A DNA stretch of 63,713 bases, counting the filler, from Octopus bimaculoides (lineage: Eukaryota): the NCBI RefSeq assembly GCF_001194135.2. It is 6 parts of 5 records of this genome, joined end to end, with 100 filler letters (N's around TTAATTAATTAA, not from the genome) between each part and the next. Parts side by side here need not be neighbours in the genome. Positions count along the whole stretch, not along the records: positions 1 to 23,686 come from NC_068992.1; 5 more parts are not named here. One strand, written 5' to 3'. The position numbers were made by a program, and so were the translations under genes. The notes beneath the pieces are model-generated. The model saw only the letters and a list, made by a program, of their open reading frames with translations. It was not told the origin of the DNA and did no database searches. Numbering within the stretch: position 1 is the first letter of the stretch; the number at the start of each line of letters is the position of its first letter. Shown one piece after another: positions 1 through 12,560 of this stretch.

Positions 1-74
1 TGATAGAATTCTGGCAAAACTGTTTAGCAATAGATCGCCAGCAATTGCTTCATCACAAATTGCCATCCTAGCTC
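1..74 (-). CDS. Candidate internal coding exon of an unidentified host gene (cut by window edge)
   Basis: Acceptor cccttttcacAG at 75-86 (minus); open phase-1 frame (x)GA-ARMAICDEAIAGDLLLNSFARILS to the edge; non-repetitive and protein-like. Confidence 0.4.
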
Positions 75-372
75 CTGTGAAAAGGGATTACCCTGCTATG
101 TATAATCAGGGCAGCGCAAAAAGTTGTTTTGCACAAGCATTTCTATAGCCAATTACACGGATGAAATTTACGTATGCTTAATAATTTTACGCAAAACATA
201 CTTCAGACTTTCCCTATTAATTTCATTGTCTTTTGAATTATGAACATATTTACATCATAAGGGTTTTTTCGTTGTAAGGCTTTCTTTTTTAGTTGATTTT
301 CAGCTAGCAAGACTTATCGTAGATGGCATAATAAGTCACATCCGGATAAGGTCGGGTTATACTGCTAGTACA

Positions 373-2020
373 GAATATAAGCAAACATTCACTTATCCAT
401 GAGTGTAGGATCATATCATAGGCTTTCCTATAATCTGTCCATGCTATTATCAGATTTTTCTTTGTAGCTTTTACTTCATTTAGAACTGCTTTGTCTATAT
501 ATAACGGATCATGCGTTCCTTTATCCTCCTTCCTGCAATCTTTTTGTTCTTCTGGTAGTAAATTCTGGTTGTCAAGGTGCTCGTAAATACTTTCTGAAAG
601 CATTTCTATTAACAGTTTCCACACTAATGGTAACCAAGTGATTGCTCTATAGTTGATAGTTGTTTTACCCTTGCTCTTATCTTTCATCGTGAGTATTGTC
701 CTCCCTTTAGTCATCCAATCTGGTATTATTCCTCCATTAAGGCAATCCTAAAGTTGTTCCCATGTAAACTACTGAATTTCTTTAGCCAGTAACCTTGAAC
801 TAAATCTGGTCCTGAGCCCTTCTAATTTAGCATTTTTTCTATTTTTCTAACACTTTACTCATTAATGCACCAGTTAATCATGGATCTGGCTGTTTCTCAC
901 TTGACTACTTCTTCCCTCACTTTCTTTAACCATACTGCATCTCTATTATGATTGACTGGCTTATCGCAAATATTACTCCAGAATTTTCTAGCTTCTACTT
1001 TAGGCTTCTCGTCTTTAGTACTTCATTCTCCACTACTTATTTGGTTATAAAATCTTTTCTGGTATGTCTCAAATAATCTATTCTATTGATACTGATCTAT
1101 TCTTTTCTGATATCTCGAGAGCTTGCCTGCTACTGCTATTATATGCTGTTTCAACTCTTCTGTCACTGTCCCAAATCCTTTCTCTTTGACTAAGTATCTT
1201 TTATCAAGGGAAGATTGGCATCTTGTGTTTCCTAACTTGTTTGTTTTCTAGGCTTCAATTCTACCTGGATCTTGTCTTAAAGCCTTCACTTTATTTTGTA
1301 GTCTCCTTTTCCACATTTGCTCTTTTTTAATCTTACCCTGTGAGATATCTAATCTTCTGGTGTCTACCACTCCTCCTGCATAGATCAATAAGTTAGTGTC
1401 TACTATATTTTTAGTATGTATCCTACTGACAACAGCCTTTTAACGCTGGCAATGTTTTTCTTATTTCTTTACTCATTACTTCCTGCAACTAATCTAAAAT
1501 CTTCTGATCTTCCTCACTTAAATCACTTAAATAGCTGGTGCCAGTTGTTGGTAGCACTATTATTATTTTTTCCTTTAGGTCCTTCTTTGGTTTGAGCTGT
1601 GTCTCTTATGCTGTTGTTTGTCTTTCCTACTGCCTGATCTTTCTTTTCCAGTTCTCTTGTGATCTCTTCTACTTCCAATTCTGTCATACACTTTCTTCTA
1701 ATAGCATTAGCTTGATCAACTAATTTCTGCTCAGTTGCTTTAAACACACCTTTCTCTACCTAAAGTGTCAACATCTGTTTTCTATAGCCCCTTCTTTTAT
1801 GTTCACTTTCTAAGTAGCACTGCATCACTACCCTTTTTCTTCACTGGTCCACTTTCGCCTCCTTGTTCTATTATCTGTTGATGCTGTATTAGGATAACAG
1901 CTGTGGTCAGTCTGCATCTTTACTGAACCACTGCTGAGTGGGAGGACTTCTCTTAGAGGTCCAGCTTCATTTTTGGTGGTACAACCATTGTTTCTTCAGA
2001 AACTGCTGTCTCTCATAAAC
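373..2020 (-). mobile_element. R4/Dong-clade non-LTR retrotransposon, decayed N-terminal and RT fragment
   Basis: ORF 304-714 has KGRTIL..KDKSKG..NYRAITWLP..WKLL..EQKDCRK..LYIDKA..AWTDYRKAYDMILHSWISECL; upstream RGYRKQM..FKATEQKLVDQANAIRRK; frameshifts and stops. Confidence 0.85.
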
Positions 2021-2570
2021 TGAGGTAAGGTAATGTTTGTCACCATCGTCATCACCATTATTATTTTACGACATCTGAATGTTTCATGCAACTTTCTATT
2101 GAATCCTTTGTTTCATCTTTGTGCTGGTGGGGTGGTATGTGCTGCATTTTTGTTTGGAGGTGGGGGAATATTGCATTGTATCAGTATGTTTTGTTATGGT
2201 GTTTGGTTTGAGTCTTCTGTTGTATTAGTTTTTATATTGTGTGTCATTTGTGCAGTGCAGGCTGTGTTCTTCTGTTGGGTATCGGCCTTCTATGGCACAT
2301 GTTGTGAGTTTTGCTCATTTTATCGAGTATTTACAGTATGAGTTTATGCTTGTATGTTTTTGGAGGGGGTGTTACTTAGTAGTATGTGTGTGTAACTCAT
2401 AAATCAACTATTTTATAATATTTATGATTATCTGTCCACTGTTCTTTCTCTTTTGGTTGGTTTTGTTATGGTTATGGTTATATTATTTTATGTTATGGTT
2501 ATGGTATTATTATTGTTATAATGATGATGATTATTATTATTATTATTATCATTATTATTATTATTATTAT

Positions 2571-3093
2571 TGAGTGAGAGAGCAATGCATGTCATCAAAC
2601 TGACACTGGGATACAAATATATAAATATATATTTACCTGATATACCCACCATTACTACCCTTCTGATAAGAGTATACCAGGCACATGCATTAAAACATGT
2701 GTGCAACATGATGATCTCATATCAAAATAAACAAGACATGGTCTTGCAGGTGGGGCCCAGTTAGAGTTTTTTTCAGGTTGAATAGCTCATCCCACTCAAA
2801 AGGTCTCTGAATAAGATTTGTGTAAAGATAATGAATGAAACACCCATATTTCCAGAATTGACTTATTCACACCCCAAACAATTCCTCTCAACACATGATT
2901 ATGATGCTCCCCCACTACTCCTGCTTGTGATAAAAATGCACATAATGTCAGCCACTAGATAAGGTCAAGCAACTGACAAGCAAATCTGAAGTATTGAGCA
3001 CAATATTTGTTGTAGCCATCTTTTATCTACACTTCTAATCAACTAAGACCAGAAGCCATGAGAGCCACTGCCTGGTACTGCATCAGGGCATTT
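2571..3093. mobile_element. Unclassified ~520-bp interspersed repeat 'X' flanked by (ATT)n on both sides
   Basis: 2735-3093 aligns to 18588-18997; ATT arrays at 2500-2570 and from 3094. Confidence 0.75.
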
Positions 3094-3108
3094 ATTATTA
3101 TTATCATT

Positions 3109-3284
3109 CAGTTCTATATTTAAGAGATGAGGAGTTATGTACATTATTTACATTTGACGGACATTTGTTCTCATCTTGTTTGTTGTTAACACGATGCTTT
3201 GGCTGATATACGCTCCAGCCTTCATCAGGTGTCTTGGGAAAATTTTGAACCTGGGTTTTCATTCCTAAGGTATTTTTCGATGTT
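3109..3284 (-). mobile_element. Inverted copy of the HHR-bearing tail of the tRNA-headed element
   Basis: Reverse complement of 3433-3581; minus strand reads GACAC-CTGATGA-A-GGCTG..CAGCC-AAAGC-ATC-GTGTT (3188-3233). Confidence 0.75.
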
Positions 3285-3321
3285 GCTGCTATTATTATTA
3301 TTATTATGTCATATGCCCACA

Positions 3322-3581
3322 GGCATATGACATAATGGTTAAGAGTGCAGGCTACTAACCCCAAGATTCCGAGTTTGATTCCAGGCAGTGACCTGAGTAA
3401 TAATAATAATAATAATAATGATAATAATAATAACATTGAAAAATACCTTAGGAATGTGAACCTAGGTTTGAAATTTCCCCAAGACACTTGATAAAGGCTG
3501 GAGGGTATATCAGCCAAAACATTGTGTTAACAAACAACGTGAAGACAAATATCTGTCAAATGTAAATAATATAAATAATGT
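3322..3581 (+). mobile_element. Non-autonomous element: tRNA-like head + (AAT)n + tail with decayed hammerhead motif
   Basis: A-box-like TGACATAATGG and B-box-like GAGTTTGATTCC; AAT 3398-3433; HHR-like 3483-3528; head and tail recur at 19035-19273. Confidence 0.7.
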
Positions 3582-3756
3582 ATTATTATCATTGTTTGAT
3601 GAAAACTCTCAGCTTATTTTGCTGAGTATGATGGAAAGTGTCAGCTGTCCACTACCAGCAAACTAAGGTGATATTGGTTTACTGGTCATGTTTCAAGAAC
3701 CCTGTGAAGAATAATGCAGTTCTATTATTATTATTATTATTATTATCATTATTATT

Positions 3757-4118
3757 ATTACCTCTGCCTTAGTGAAGGTGGAGGTATTGTTTTCACACGC
3801 GTTAGTTTGTTTGTCCATGAACAAGATATCTCAAGAACCACTGGATGGATTCGAATTAAACTTTCAGGTATGTTTGGCTTCATGACTGAAACGAACTGGT
3901 TAGATTTTGGGATCAATCCAGTACTGGACAAGGATTCTGGGTTATTGTTCCTGTTTTTTTACTTAATTTTTGAGAGCGGTCAGGGTCATTTTTTGTATTC
4001 TTGTTTGTGAGAGCAGTTGAGGTTATTTCGGATATTATCATTTTAAAAATCATCTCTGGCTAATTGATGAGATGGCATTGGTGTTGCCTTGGTGGAGGTT
4101 TGAACTTTCCGAGTGCTC

Positions 4119-4120
<2 letters not shown>
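3757..4120 (+). mobile_element. Helentron-associated (HINE/DINE-1-like) non-autonomous element
   Basis: 5' hairpin acctctgcctt/aaggtggaggt, then gtttgtttgtc, 3' subterminal ccttggtggagg followed by a short stem-loop remnant; sits between ATT tracts. Confidence 0.7.
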
Positions 4121-4198
<78 letters not shown>

Positions 4199-4213
4199 GT
4201 TATTATTATTTTA

Positions 4214-4415
4214 AAGGCAGTTAGCTGGCAGAACTGTTACCACACTGCTTTTTCCTGATTTACATTTCTTCCAGATTTACATCTAGAGTTCAAATTCTGC
4301 TGAGGTTGACTTTGCCTTTCATCCTTTTGGTGTCAATAAAATAAGTACCAGTCAAGTACTGGGGTCAGTGTAATCAACTATCCCTTTTCCCAAAGTTTCA
4401 AGCCTTGTGCCCATT
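4214..4415 (+). mobile_element. tRNA-derived SINE family A
   Basis: B box gagttcaaattc plus central gaggttgactttgcctttcatcctttt..taaaataagtaccagt; also at 8100-8222, 11240-11445, 34072-34235, 49504-49737. Confidence 0.85.
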
Positions 4416-4434
4416 ATAATAAAGCTTATTATTA

Positions 4435-4810
4435 TTAATTTCATCATCACATTTCTCAGACTGATTGTATGTTGACACCTTTTGATCAGGCACAGGTCAT
4501 AACTAATGACCATGGCTCCTGTCAACTTTCTCATTCCAGTTACATTGACATAACCCTTCTCAAAATCCTGGCTGTTCCAAGTAGTGCTGTTTTCTGAAAT
4601 ATCGCAGTGAGCCCAAGTTTGCCAAGGTCACTTCTGATATTGGTTTGCACAGTTACAAGTGCCCCACTCACAACTGGTGTAACCACCACTTTCTTTGTAC
4701 TAAGTGAGTAAAAGGTAAAAGGAAAAGAAAATGTGATGGAGACTATAAATGTTGGTGCTTGATACAGCAATAAACCAAGGACCTAAGATCTCAAAATGGA
4801 TGTTGATTTT
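4435..4810 (-). mobile_element. R4/Dong-clade 3' end (restriction-like endonuclease C-terminus and 3' UTR)
   Basis: VVVTPVVSGALVTV..FQKTALLGTARILRRVMSM*, then UTR and AAT tail. Confidence 0.8.
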
Positions 4811-5132
4811 GAGTAGCTTTACTTCATTGTATAAGATGTTGTGATAAACATTGATAGTTCTGTAGCTTGAGGTATGATGATGCACTCAGCAAATGAAGTA
4901 GCACATTCTTATAGTATTCAGTCTCACCTTTCAAATATTACTTATCAATTAAGGTTCATTGAAACTATATCTTCATGTAGAAACTAATATCATAGAAATG
5001 AGTACGATAAGACATTTTCTAATATTTTCTACAATAATGTCCTCATTCCAGATTTAGTTGTCAAATAAAAATATTTCACATTAATAAGACACTTGGAAAG
5101 ACTTAAAAATTTAGATTTTCAGTTTTTCCTTA

Positions 5133-5534
5133 TTTTTTATCTTTTTCGTGTTTCAGTCATTAGACTGCAGCCATGCTGGGGTGCAGCCTTGAAAGATTTG
5201 TTATAATTGAAAGAATTGACTCCAGTACCTTTTTGTTTTTAAGTATGGTACTAATCTATCAGTCTCTTTCGTTGAACTGCTAAGTTACACTCCAATACTA
5301 GTTGTCAATTTGTAGTGGGGGAAAAACACAGTCACAAAGACACACACACACACACACATATGATATACACAACTGGCTTCTTTCAGTTTCGGTGTACCAA
5401 ATTCACTCACAAGGCTTTTGTCAGCTTGAGGCTATAGTAGAAGACACTTACCCAAGGTGCCACAAAGTGGGACTGAACCCAGAACCATGTGGTTGGGAAG
5501 CAAGCATCTTACTTCATAGCCAAACCTGTGCCTA
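5133..5534 (-). mobile_element. tRNA-derived SINE family B with internal (CA/TG)n
   Basis: Minus head ggttcagtcccact..ccttgggtaagtgtcttctactatagcc; also at 33095-33548, 47776-48690, 49135-49773, 49790-49938, 52455-52713, 53785-54155. Confidence 0.85.
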
Positions 5535-7011
5535 ATTTCAAAAACTTTAATGTTCAGTGCCCCAAACTTTGCACAAATTATTATAACCTGTCCTTTTCTC
5601 CCAGAATATTGGTGCTCTAGAATTTCACCTCACTGCATATTTTCAACAGTTTTATTTTTTATTTTCCAGTGGCTATTAACTTGCAACTACTCAAAATAAA
5701 TATTAACTACATTAATATCTCCAGTATCAACAGTACAGTTATACAAAGGCTATAGGCATAGCCCCTTCCCTACTGAACATGACTAGTGAGTAGAGAACAA
5801 AAATAAATATGATGTTATGTTGTTGGAATGTAGATTATTAGATGTAATGCCATATAATAAAATTTGTTTCATCTTTCTACTACTTGTTTTTTTTTTTAAT
5901 CTTTAGGTTAGCTCAACTTTAATCAAATAAATTCTAGTAATTTATTGGAATTAATTCAGTCAACATACCCTTGCTCCATAAAAATTAACAGTGTACCTAT
6001 TTTAAAACATTCAGTAAGCTAATGTGCCTGTTAGCTTATTATATGATTGACAGACAGTACAACTGTGTTTCTAAGTATTAAGTCGGAATATTTGTTTTGT
6101 TTCATTCATTAGCTTTACTAATTCAATATTAGTCTTTAAAGAGTCAATTAGAACAAAAATTAGCAGCTTAAATTAAATTTTGTGGATGTTTATATCAAAA
6201 CAGCTATTAAAATAGATGCTAACCTAGGGCTATTTTGTGGTTTTAAGCATATTCAGTTTACAAATTGAATTATATTTTTGTGAACTTGAGAAAAATTTGT
6301 ATTATTAAATTATTTATTTATTCCATTTTGTGTCTTTCAAAAACAATGAATTTATAGTTGCCAGTATATTGATTTCATTTGATGAGGTACCAACACAAAT
6401 TAGAATGTGTATGTGTTTGAGAGAAATCTATAAATCATGTTTCATCCGTTTGTTATTTGTAGGTTAATCAAGAAGGATGTAAAGCAAAAGTAATCTAACA
6501 GGTATTAAACTCAGAATAATTAAGTGTGAAATTGAACGTTAGGAAGCTTTTGGTTTTACAAACTATTTACCAGTTATACTAATTTTAGCCTGTCGATATA
6601 TGGACACCTAATTCATTCATTTTAAATGATTCTACAAGAATAGAGGAGACTAAAAAAGAATTATTGGAAAAGTGGCTTAAAAGAACCTCACATCATTAAA
6701 TGTATGTTAATTGTTGCAGACAAAAATAAACAAAATGCTTAATGGCTGAAAGTAAAGAATATTCAATAGACAAGGACAAGGTAAGCCAACTTGTGGATGT
6801 GGTTATTAACTAGAACAAGGAATTACATTTATTTTATTTTATCTCAATTTCTTTAATACAGATCACTATGATCATGGTCATGATGATGATGATCATCATC
6901 ATCATTATCTACATCATCATAATACTCTTCCTCTTCCTCCACATCATCATCATTATTGTCATCGTCATTGCCGTCATTGTCATCATCATCATCATTATTA
7001 TCAGAACTTTA

Positions 7012-7330
7012 TGTCTTTTTTTTTCCATGCTTGCGTGAGTTGAGCAGGTTTTCTCTGAGAATACTTCTCACCACTCTTTGCAGACACTTGACATCTCCAT
7101 TATGAGAACAGATCTCATCACTTTTCAAGGCTTCCTTGCTTTTTCTCTTCTACAGATTTTCTTCTAATCATATTGCTTACTCTTTTTTTTACTGAGCTGT
7201 CATCCTTCATACACATTACATGTCCATCTGATCATATTATTTTCTTTTGCACATGGTAGCCAAGTTTTTGACATACATGATCAACATGTTTGCATTCAAT
7301 AATTCATTCAAACAAACATTACACATGCAA
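7012..7330 (-). mobile_element. RTE-clade LINE 3' remnant with (GAT)n-type tail at 6865-7000
   Basis: Similar to 20095-20500; heavily decayed. Confidence 0.5.
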
Positions 7331-7689
7331 TAGAGAATGTTCACCAAATGTTTTTTCTTGCCTTTATAAATCTTTTGCATTCAATGCCTATTGCATTTTG
7401 CAGACATGCATCATACAATCTGCTCTACACTTTGTCCAGAACTAGCAATATATATGTTTTTTCTATTAACTTTTCAAAGTGTTATACATGAAAATTCTAT
7501 GTCTATTTTCTTTTTTCTCAATAGTACAATCCTAACACTGAAAGAAAACATAACACAGCTTGGCAAAAATCATATAATTTTATAAGAAATTAGACATGCA
7601 AATGTTTACTTTAACATATTCTAGATGGTCTAATGCAAGGAAATGATCACAAGAAGATTCAATAGTTATCAACCCTTCAAATGTTAGGC

Positions 7690-8090
7690 AATATGCTGTG
7701 CTTGAGAAGATCTGTCAAGCTGAGTAAAATTGTAGTCATGGCTAATACCAGTGTCATCTGACTGGCACTCATGCCAGTGACATGTAAACAGCACTGTTTG
7801 AACATTGGGTCTCATGGAGGCAGTGACCAAGACCTTTGGTTGTATACCATGCTTGTATAGACCTGTCAAGTTAAGTGAGATTATAGTCACAGACAATGCC
7901 AGTGTCACATCAATGGTACCCATGCCGGTGGCATGTAAAAAGCACCCACTACACTCTTGGGGTAGTTGGTATTAGGAAGCACATCCAGCCAAAGAAATCG
8001 TGCTAAATCAACCTGGAACTTGGTCAAACCATCCAACCCATGCCAGCATGGAAATCAGACATTAAATGGTGAAGATAATGATGATGATAG
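7690..8090 (+). mobile_element. RTE-type 3' tail repeat (family F) ending in (GAT)n
   Basis: gcacccactacactc..ttaggaag..catccagcc..ccaacccatgccagcatgg; also at 19552-20095 (-) and 47240-47565 (+). Confidence 0.75.
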
Positions 8091-8744
8091 AATATCAGAT
8101 ACCACTTTGTCTTCCATTCTCTTGGGGTTGATAAAATATGTTCCAGTTGAGTACTGGGGGTCAATGTAATTGACTTTCCCCCATCCCCAAAACTGCTGAC
8201 CTTGAGCTGAAATTTGAAACCAATATGATAGAATATATGGAGGTGATAAATATGAAATGGAGTTAGATTACAAAAAGCAGAAATATGTCAAATACTTTTG
8301 GCTTGCTGGGAGACCTAACTCTTTTAGTGAGTTGTATTACCACCACCTCATCAGTTACATTTGGACAAAGAAATGGTGGTGAATGATAATCTATATTCAT
8401 GGCAAAACATTGATTCTGTCAGGAAAACACTTTAAATAAATGGAGATGTAGTAATGAGATGAATTCTGTAAATGTTTTGAAAATTGTTGAGACAGATTTT
8501 TCAATGGCTAGATGCTTTTTCTCTTGCCAAGTCTAACCTGTTATCTAGTACGAAAACATTTCCCTTAGAAAGCTCAATGGTTGGACATACTTTTGCAGAG
8601 CATAGTAGCAAAATTGCACCATTTGTATGGCAGTAGTATTTGTTTACAATTAGCACACACCAGAGAAGGACCTACATGTTTATAACCAGTGAAACTAGGG
8701 TAATATACTTTCTGTACATTATTCATACAAGGTAAATAGTATTG

Positions 8745-9922
8745 GTAGATACCAAAAGTGCAAACTCAAACAGAATCTGATGAAATTTCTTAATATCAAA
8801 AGCTGTCACACTATTTTACAATGTCAAGTTTGCCAACGTATAAGTGAAAGAAATTTGGCATTTAAATAAGCCAACCAAGCACCAGTGAAGTTAGCGATTG
8901 CACACAAACTGTAGCTCTTTCTAGCAATTTTGAACCATTGAATAGATAAATAGCATTATATTTTTTTATACTTACATTTCTTCAGATATTCATGTAAAAA
9001 TGGATTGAACTCTGCAATGAGTTTAATGGTTCTCATAAAGTTTCCATTATTTTATGAGCCCATTTTACCTTATGGTATTTAAATGTCAAATCTCTTTCAC
9101 TTAAAAACTTTAAACAGCTACATTCTTTATCAATTAATTCAAACTAGTACTCTATATCTTCTTCCCAACTGTTCTTCAAGTTTCTCATCCATGGTATCTT
9201 TCTTTATTTTCCTCCTTATTCAATGTAGCATTGCCCACTTATGTTCTATGCTAGTTTAAAATTCTCTAGAATTCTGAGTACATTTATCCAGTAAGCAAAC
9301 CTATGACGACTATTGAGAAAAACTGTAGTTAAGGCTAGGATGTAATGCGCTGTGAGTAATATTTGGCATTTAGAAAAAGTAGCAAATAAGCAGTATATAC
9401 AAACTGTGTTCTTTGAGTAAACTAACCAGGATCTCATCACAGTCTGGCTATTTCTCAAACTTTGACAAAATATTTATTTGAGAAACATCTGTTTTACTCC
9501 ATGTAAAAACCACTGGATTTTGGTACATGTGTCATCTACATTTTTTTAATATATATTTAAAGAAATCAATGTCTTGCAATATACAATCCTATAGAAAATA
9601 ATTATCAATTGTTATGGACCAGTTTACAAGGTCATATTCTTCAAAATCATTGAATTTATGTTCTTGGATCATTTTCCAGCTCTGTCTCTTTATGATCTTT
9701 CATCTTTACTACAATTATCATCATGTGTTTCAAAAGCACAACATTGAGTTGAAAATTGCTAGAAAGAGCTACAGTTTGTGTGCAATCACTAACTTCACTG
9801 GTGCTTGGTTAGCTTATTTAATATTAGATGTTGACAAACTTGACATTGTAAAATAGTTTGATAGCTTTTGATATTTAGAAATTTCATCAGATTCTCTTTG
9901 AGTTTGCACTTTTGGTATCTAC
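8745..9922. mobile_element. Foldback element with ~180-bp inverted arms (8745-8931 / 9752-9922)
   Basis: Arms align directly as reverse complements; no TSD seen. Confidence 0.8.
8975..9460 (-). pseudogene. hAT-type (ZMYM1-like/DUF4371, TTF zinc finger) transposase fragment
   Basis: RSWLVYSKNTVCIYCLF..; CLKFLSERDLTFK / NNGNFMRTIKLIAEFNPFLHEYL with frameshift. Confidence 0.7.
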
Positions 9923-10480
9923 TTAAGTGTATTTGTGAACTCATTGATAACCTTCTTAAATTTTGATAAGAACAGGGAAAATTTCTTTAACCATAGGAGG
10001 TCTTGGCTTGATTATGATGGTTGAATAAGACTAAAATACATACAGAATAAGAATAGAGAGTAAGGTAAATAAATGAACAAATAAACAAATAGAATGAAAA
10101 ATATGAAGACAAATTAAGAAAAGAACAGAGTTTAAAGATTGTGATAGGAAACCTGGTTTCTTAATAACAATGTATTTGTTTTAATAAAGGTACATAGGTG
10201 CAAAGTGATCTATACTACAGCAATTTGACACCTGGCTGATTTAGAAGGACAGAAATGTCATTCTAAGACCCATTAATCATGGTTCCAACATATGCACACA
10301 AACACCTCACGTGAACAGTTCCAGATATGGCTATACACATACATTCACATTTACATGCTCACACACTCACACACACACTAGTTCATACACAGAAATATTT
10401 ATATTAAATAGTAATTCCATAAATAGTGGAAATTCATCATTTTGTTTAAGTGACAAAATCAGTCTATATCATTGTTTGCA

Positions 10481-10482
<2 letters not shown>

Positions 10483-10525
<43 letters not shown>

Positions 10526-10556
10526 GCCTGCCTGCGTACCTACCTACCTTCCTACA

Positions 10557-10601
<45 letters not shown>

Positions 10602-10665
10602 GCCTGCATGCCTACCTACCTACCTACCTACATACATACATACCTATCTATCTATCTATCTATTT
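10483..10665. repeat. Compound (TCTA)n/(CCTA)n/(CTGC)n microsatellite
   Basis: Direct reading. Confidence 0.95.
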
Positions 10666-11239
10666 CTTTCTCTCTCTCACTTTATATATACATATATATA
10701 TGCACAAATACATATTCAAGTTGATATGCATATATATGCAGACAATATTCAAATACATACATTCATTGATTCATAGTCTATCAAGCTATCACACTATCAG
10801 TCCTAGGAATTAAGATCTTCTATACATATTATCTAAATGGAAATGACAAGGTAATAATGAGGAATCAAGTAAAATCAAACTAAAATAAAGTGCAGGAAAT
10901 ATATATCTAGAAATAAACTTATGTGGCTGCATTTTTAGAGTTAACTAGTAGTATTATTAGTTCACACTATTAGTTTAAATATCAGTATGATATAGGGAAG
11001 GCCAGCAGTATGTTTGTGGACAGCATACAACTACTTTATGAGACAAGATTTACAGCTAATTATTTCATAAATTAAAAATATACACTGTTAAAGATATATG
11101 CGTATTTTATCATTACAATCTCATGTGGTAATGCTGAATTGCCAATCAAAATCAACCCAGTCAACACTTGTGCTAGATAAAGTAAGCAAGGTAGAAATAC
11201 AGAAATATAATACACTACTAATGATGCTATTACTAGTGA

Positions 11240-11445
11240 GAAGGTGGCAAACTGGCAGAATTGCTTACATGTTTAATGACATTTCAACCATCTTTACATT
11301 CTGAGTTAAAATTCTGCCAAGGTCGACTTTGTCTTTCATCCTTTCGGGGTCAATAAAATGAGTACCAGTTGAGTACTAGGATCAATATAATTGACTTTAC
11401 CCCCACCCACTGAAAATGCTGGCCTTGTACCAAACTTTGAGACTC
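11240..11445 (+). mobile_element. SINE family A
   Basis: Matches 4214-4415. Confidence 0.8.
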
Positions 11446-11574
11446 ATATTACTATTACTAGTAATATCAATAGTAATATTAATTATAATATTGACAGTGC
11501 ATTTAGGTTAAAGCAAATAGGTTAACTGTTAGTATTACAAAGGAAGAGCATATGGTATATGTGTGGGCACCGTA

Positions 11575-12560
11575 TTATTGCATCCTCTCATTGAAATGCA
11601 GTATGCTGACGACAACGCCACTCCGAGCCGGACTGTAGATGACCTACAAAGGATGGCCGATCTTTACAATGCAGCTTACAAATGCTTCGGGATACAGGTA
11701 AACACATTAAAAAACAAGACACTGATCCAACCCGCACCAGGCCAGAACAGTCCACCCACAAACATTGGCATCAATGGCCAACCCCTAAAAGAAGTTGAAT
11801 ACTTCACATACCCTGGAAGTATCCTTTCAAAGACCCCCATGTGTTAAAGGGATGTGGAGAACCAGATTGGGGCGGCTCACTCCGCTTTCGGCATACTCAG
11901 CCAACATGCATTCTTCAATCACGTGCTGACCATCCGGACAAAGATCATGGTCTTCCATGCCATTGTCCTGTCAACTCTATGCTTGTGAGACTTGGACGTA
12001 CTGCCGTGACTTCAAGCACCTTGAATGCTTCCAGCAATTGAAGCTACGACAAATCTTCAACATACAATGGGAAGATCACGTTACCAACAATGAGGTTCTT
12101 CTCCACGCCTCACTACCAAGTGTCGAAACCACCATTCTATGCCATTGTCTCCACTGGGTGTGTCACATCCAGTGTATGGAGCCCTCTCTTCTCCCAAGGA
12201 TTATGCTCTACAGAGAACTTGCAATCAGAACATGACCCAGAGGAGGTCCAAAATTCCGTTTTAAAGACCAGCTCAAATGGACCTTGGCTCAAGCTAATAT
12301 CCAGCCATCCTCATAGGAACAGATTGTCATGGATAGGACAGCCCGGTGGGCTGCTATCCACAATGGAGCCAACTCCTTCAAGCAGAACAGACAACAGAAT
12401 GAGGAGGCAAAATGCAGGAGAAGAAAGGAGTGTCGACATCCTTGACCTGCACCAACCATCCCATGCAAGTTCTGCCCATGACTTTTTCAACACTGACTTG
12501 CACCCCAAAGTCACTTTTGGTGCAAACATCAGCCGAGGAGACTAGATGGAAACTGACAAA
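11575..12560 (+). mobile_element. RTE-BovB-like LINE, 5'-truncated RT C-terminal half
   Basis: MQYADDNA..LQRMA..FGIQVNTLK..VEYFTYPGSIL; YACETWT..NIQWEDHVTNNEVL; frameshifts. Confidence 0.9.

Noticed and set aside
6720-6780. Plus-strand micro-exon MAESKEYSIDKDK with donor GTAAGC
   Set aside because: No compatible downstream exon, and it conflicts with the better-supported minus-strand model; unresolved
8591-8671. Minus-strand 81-nt exon candidate (PSLVCANCKQILLP..)
   Set aside because: Good donor but weak acceptor, and two frames are open, so there is no independent support
8775-8790. CTGATGA in the foldback arms as a hammerhead
   Set aside because: No helix II/GAAA/helix III arrangement follows
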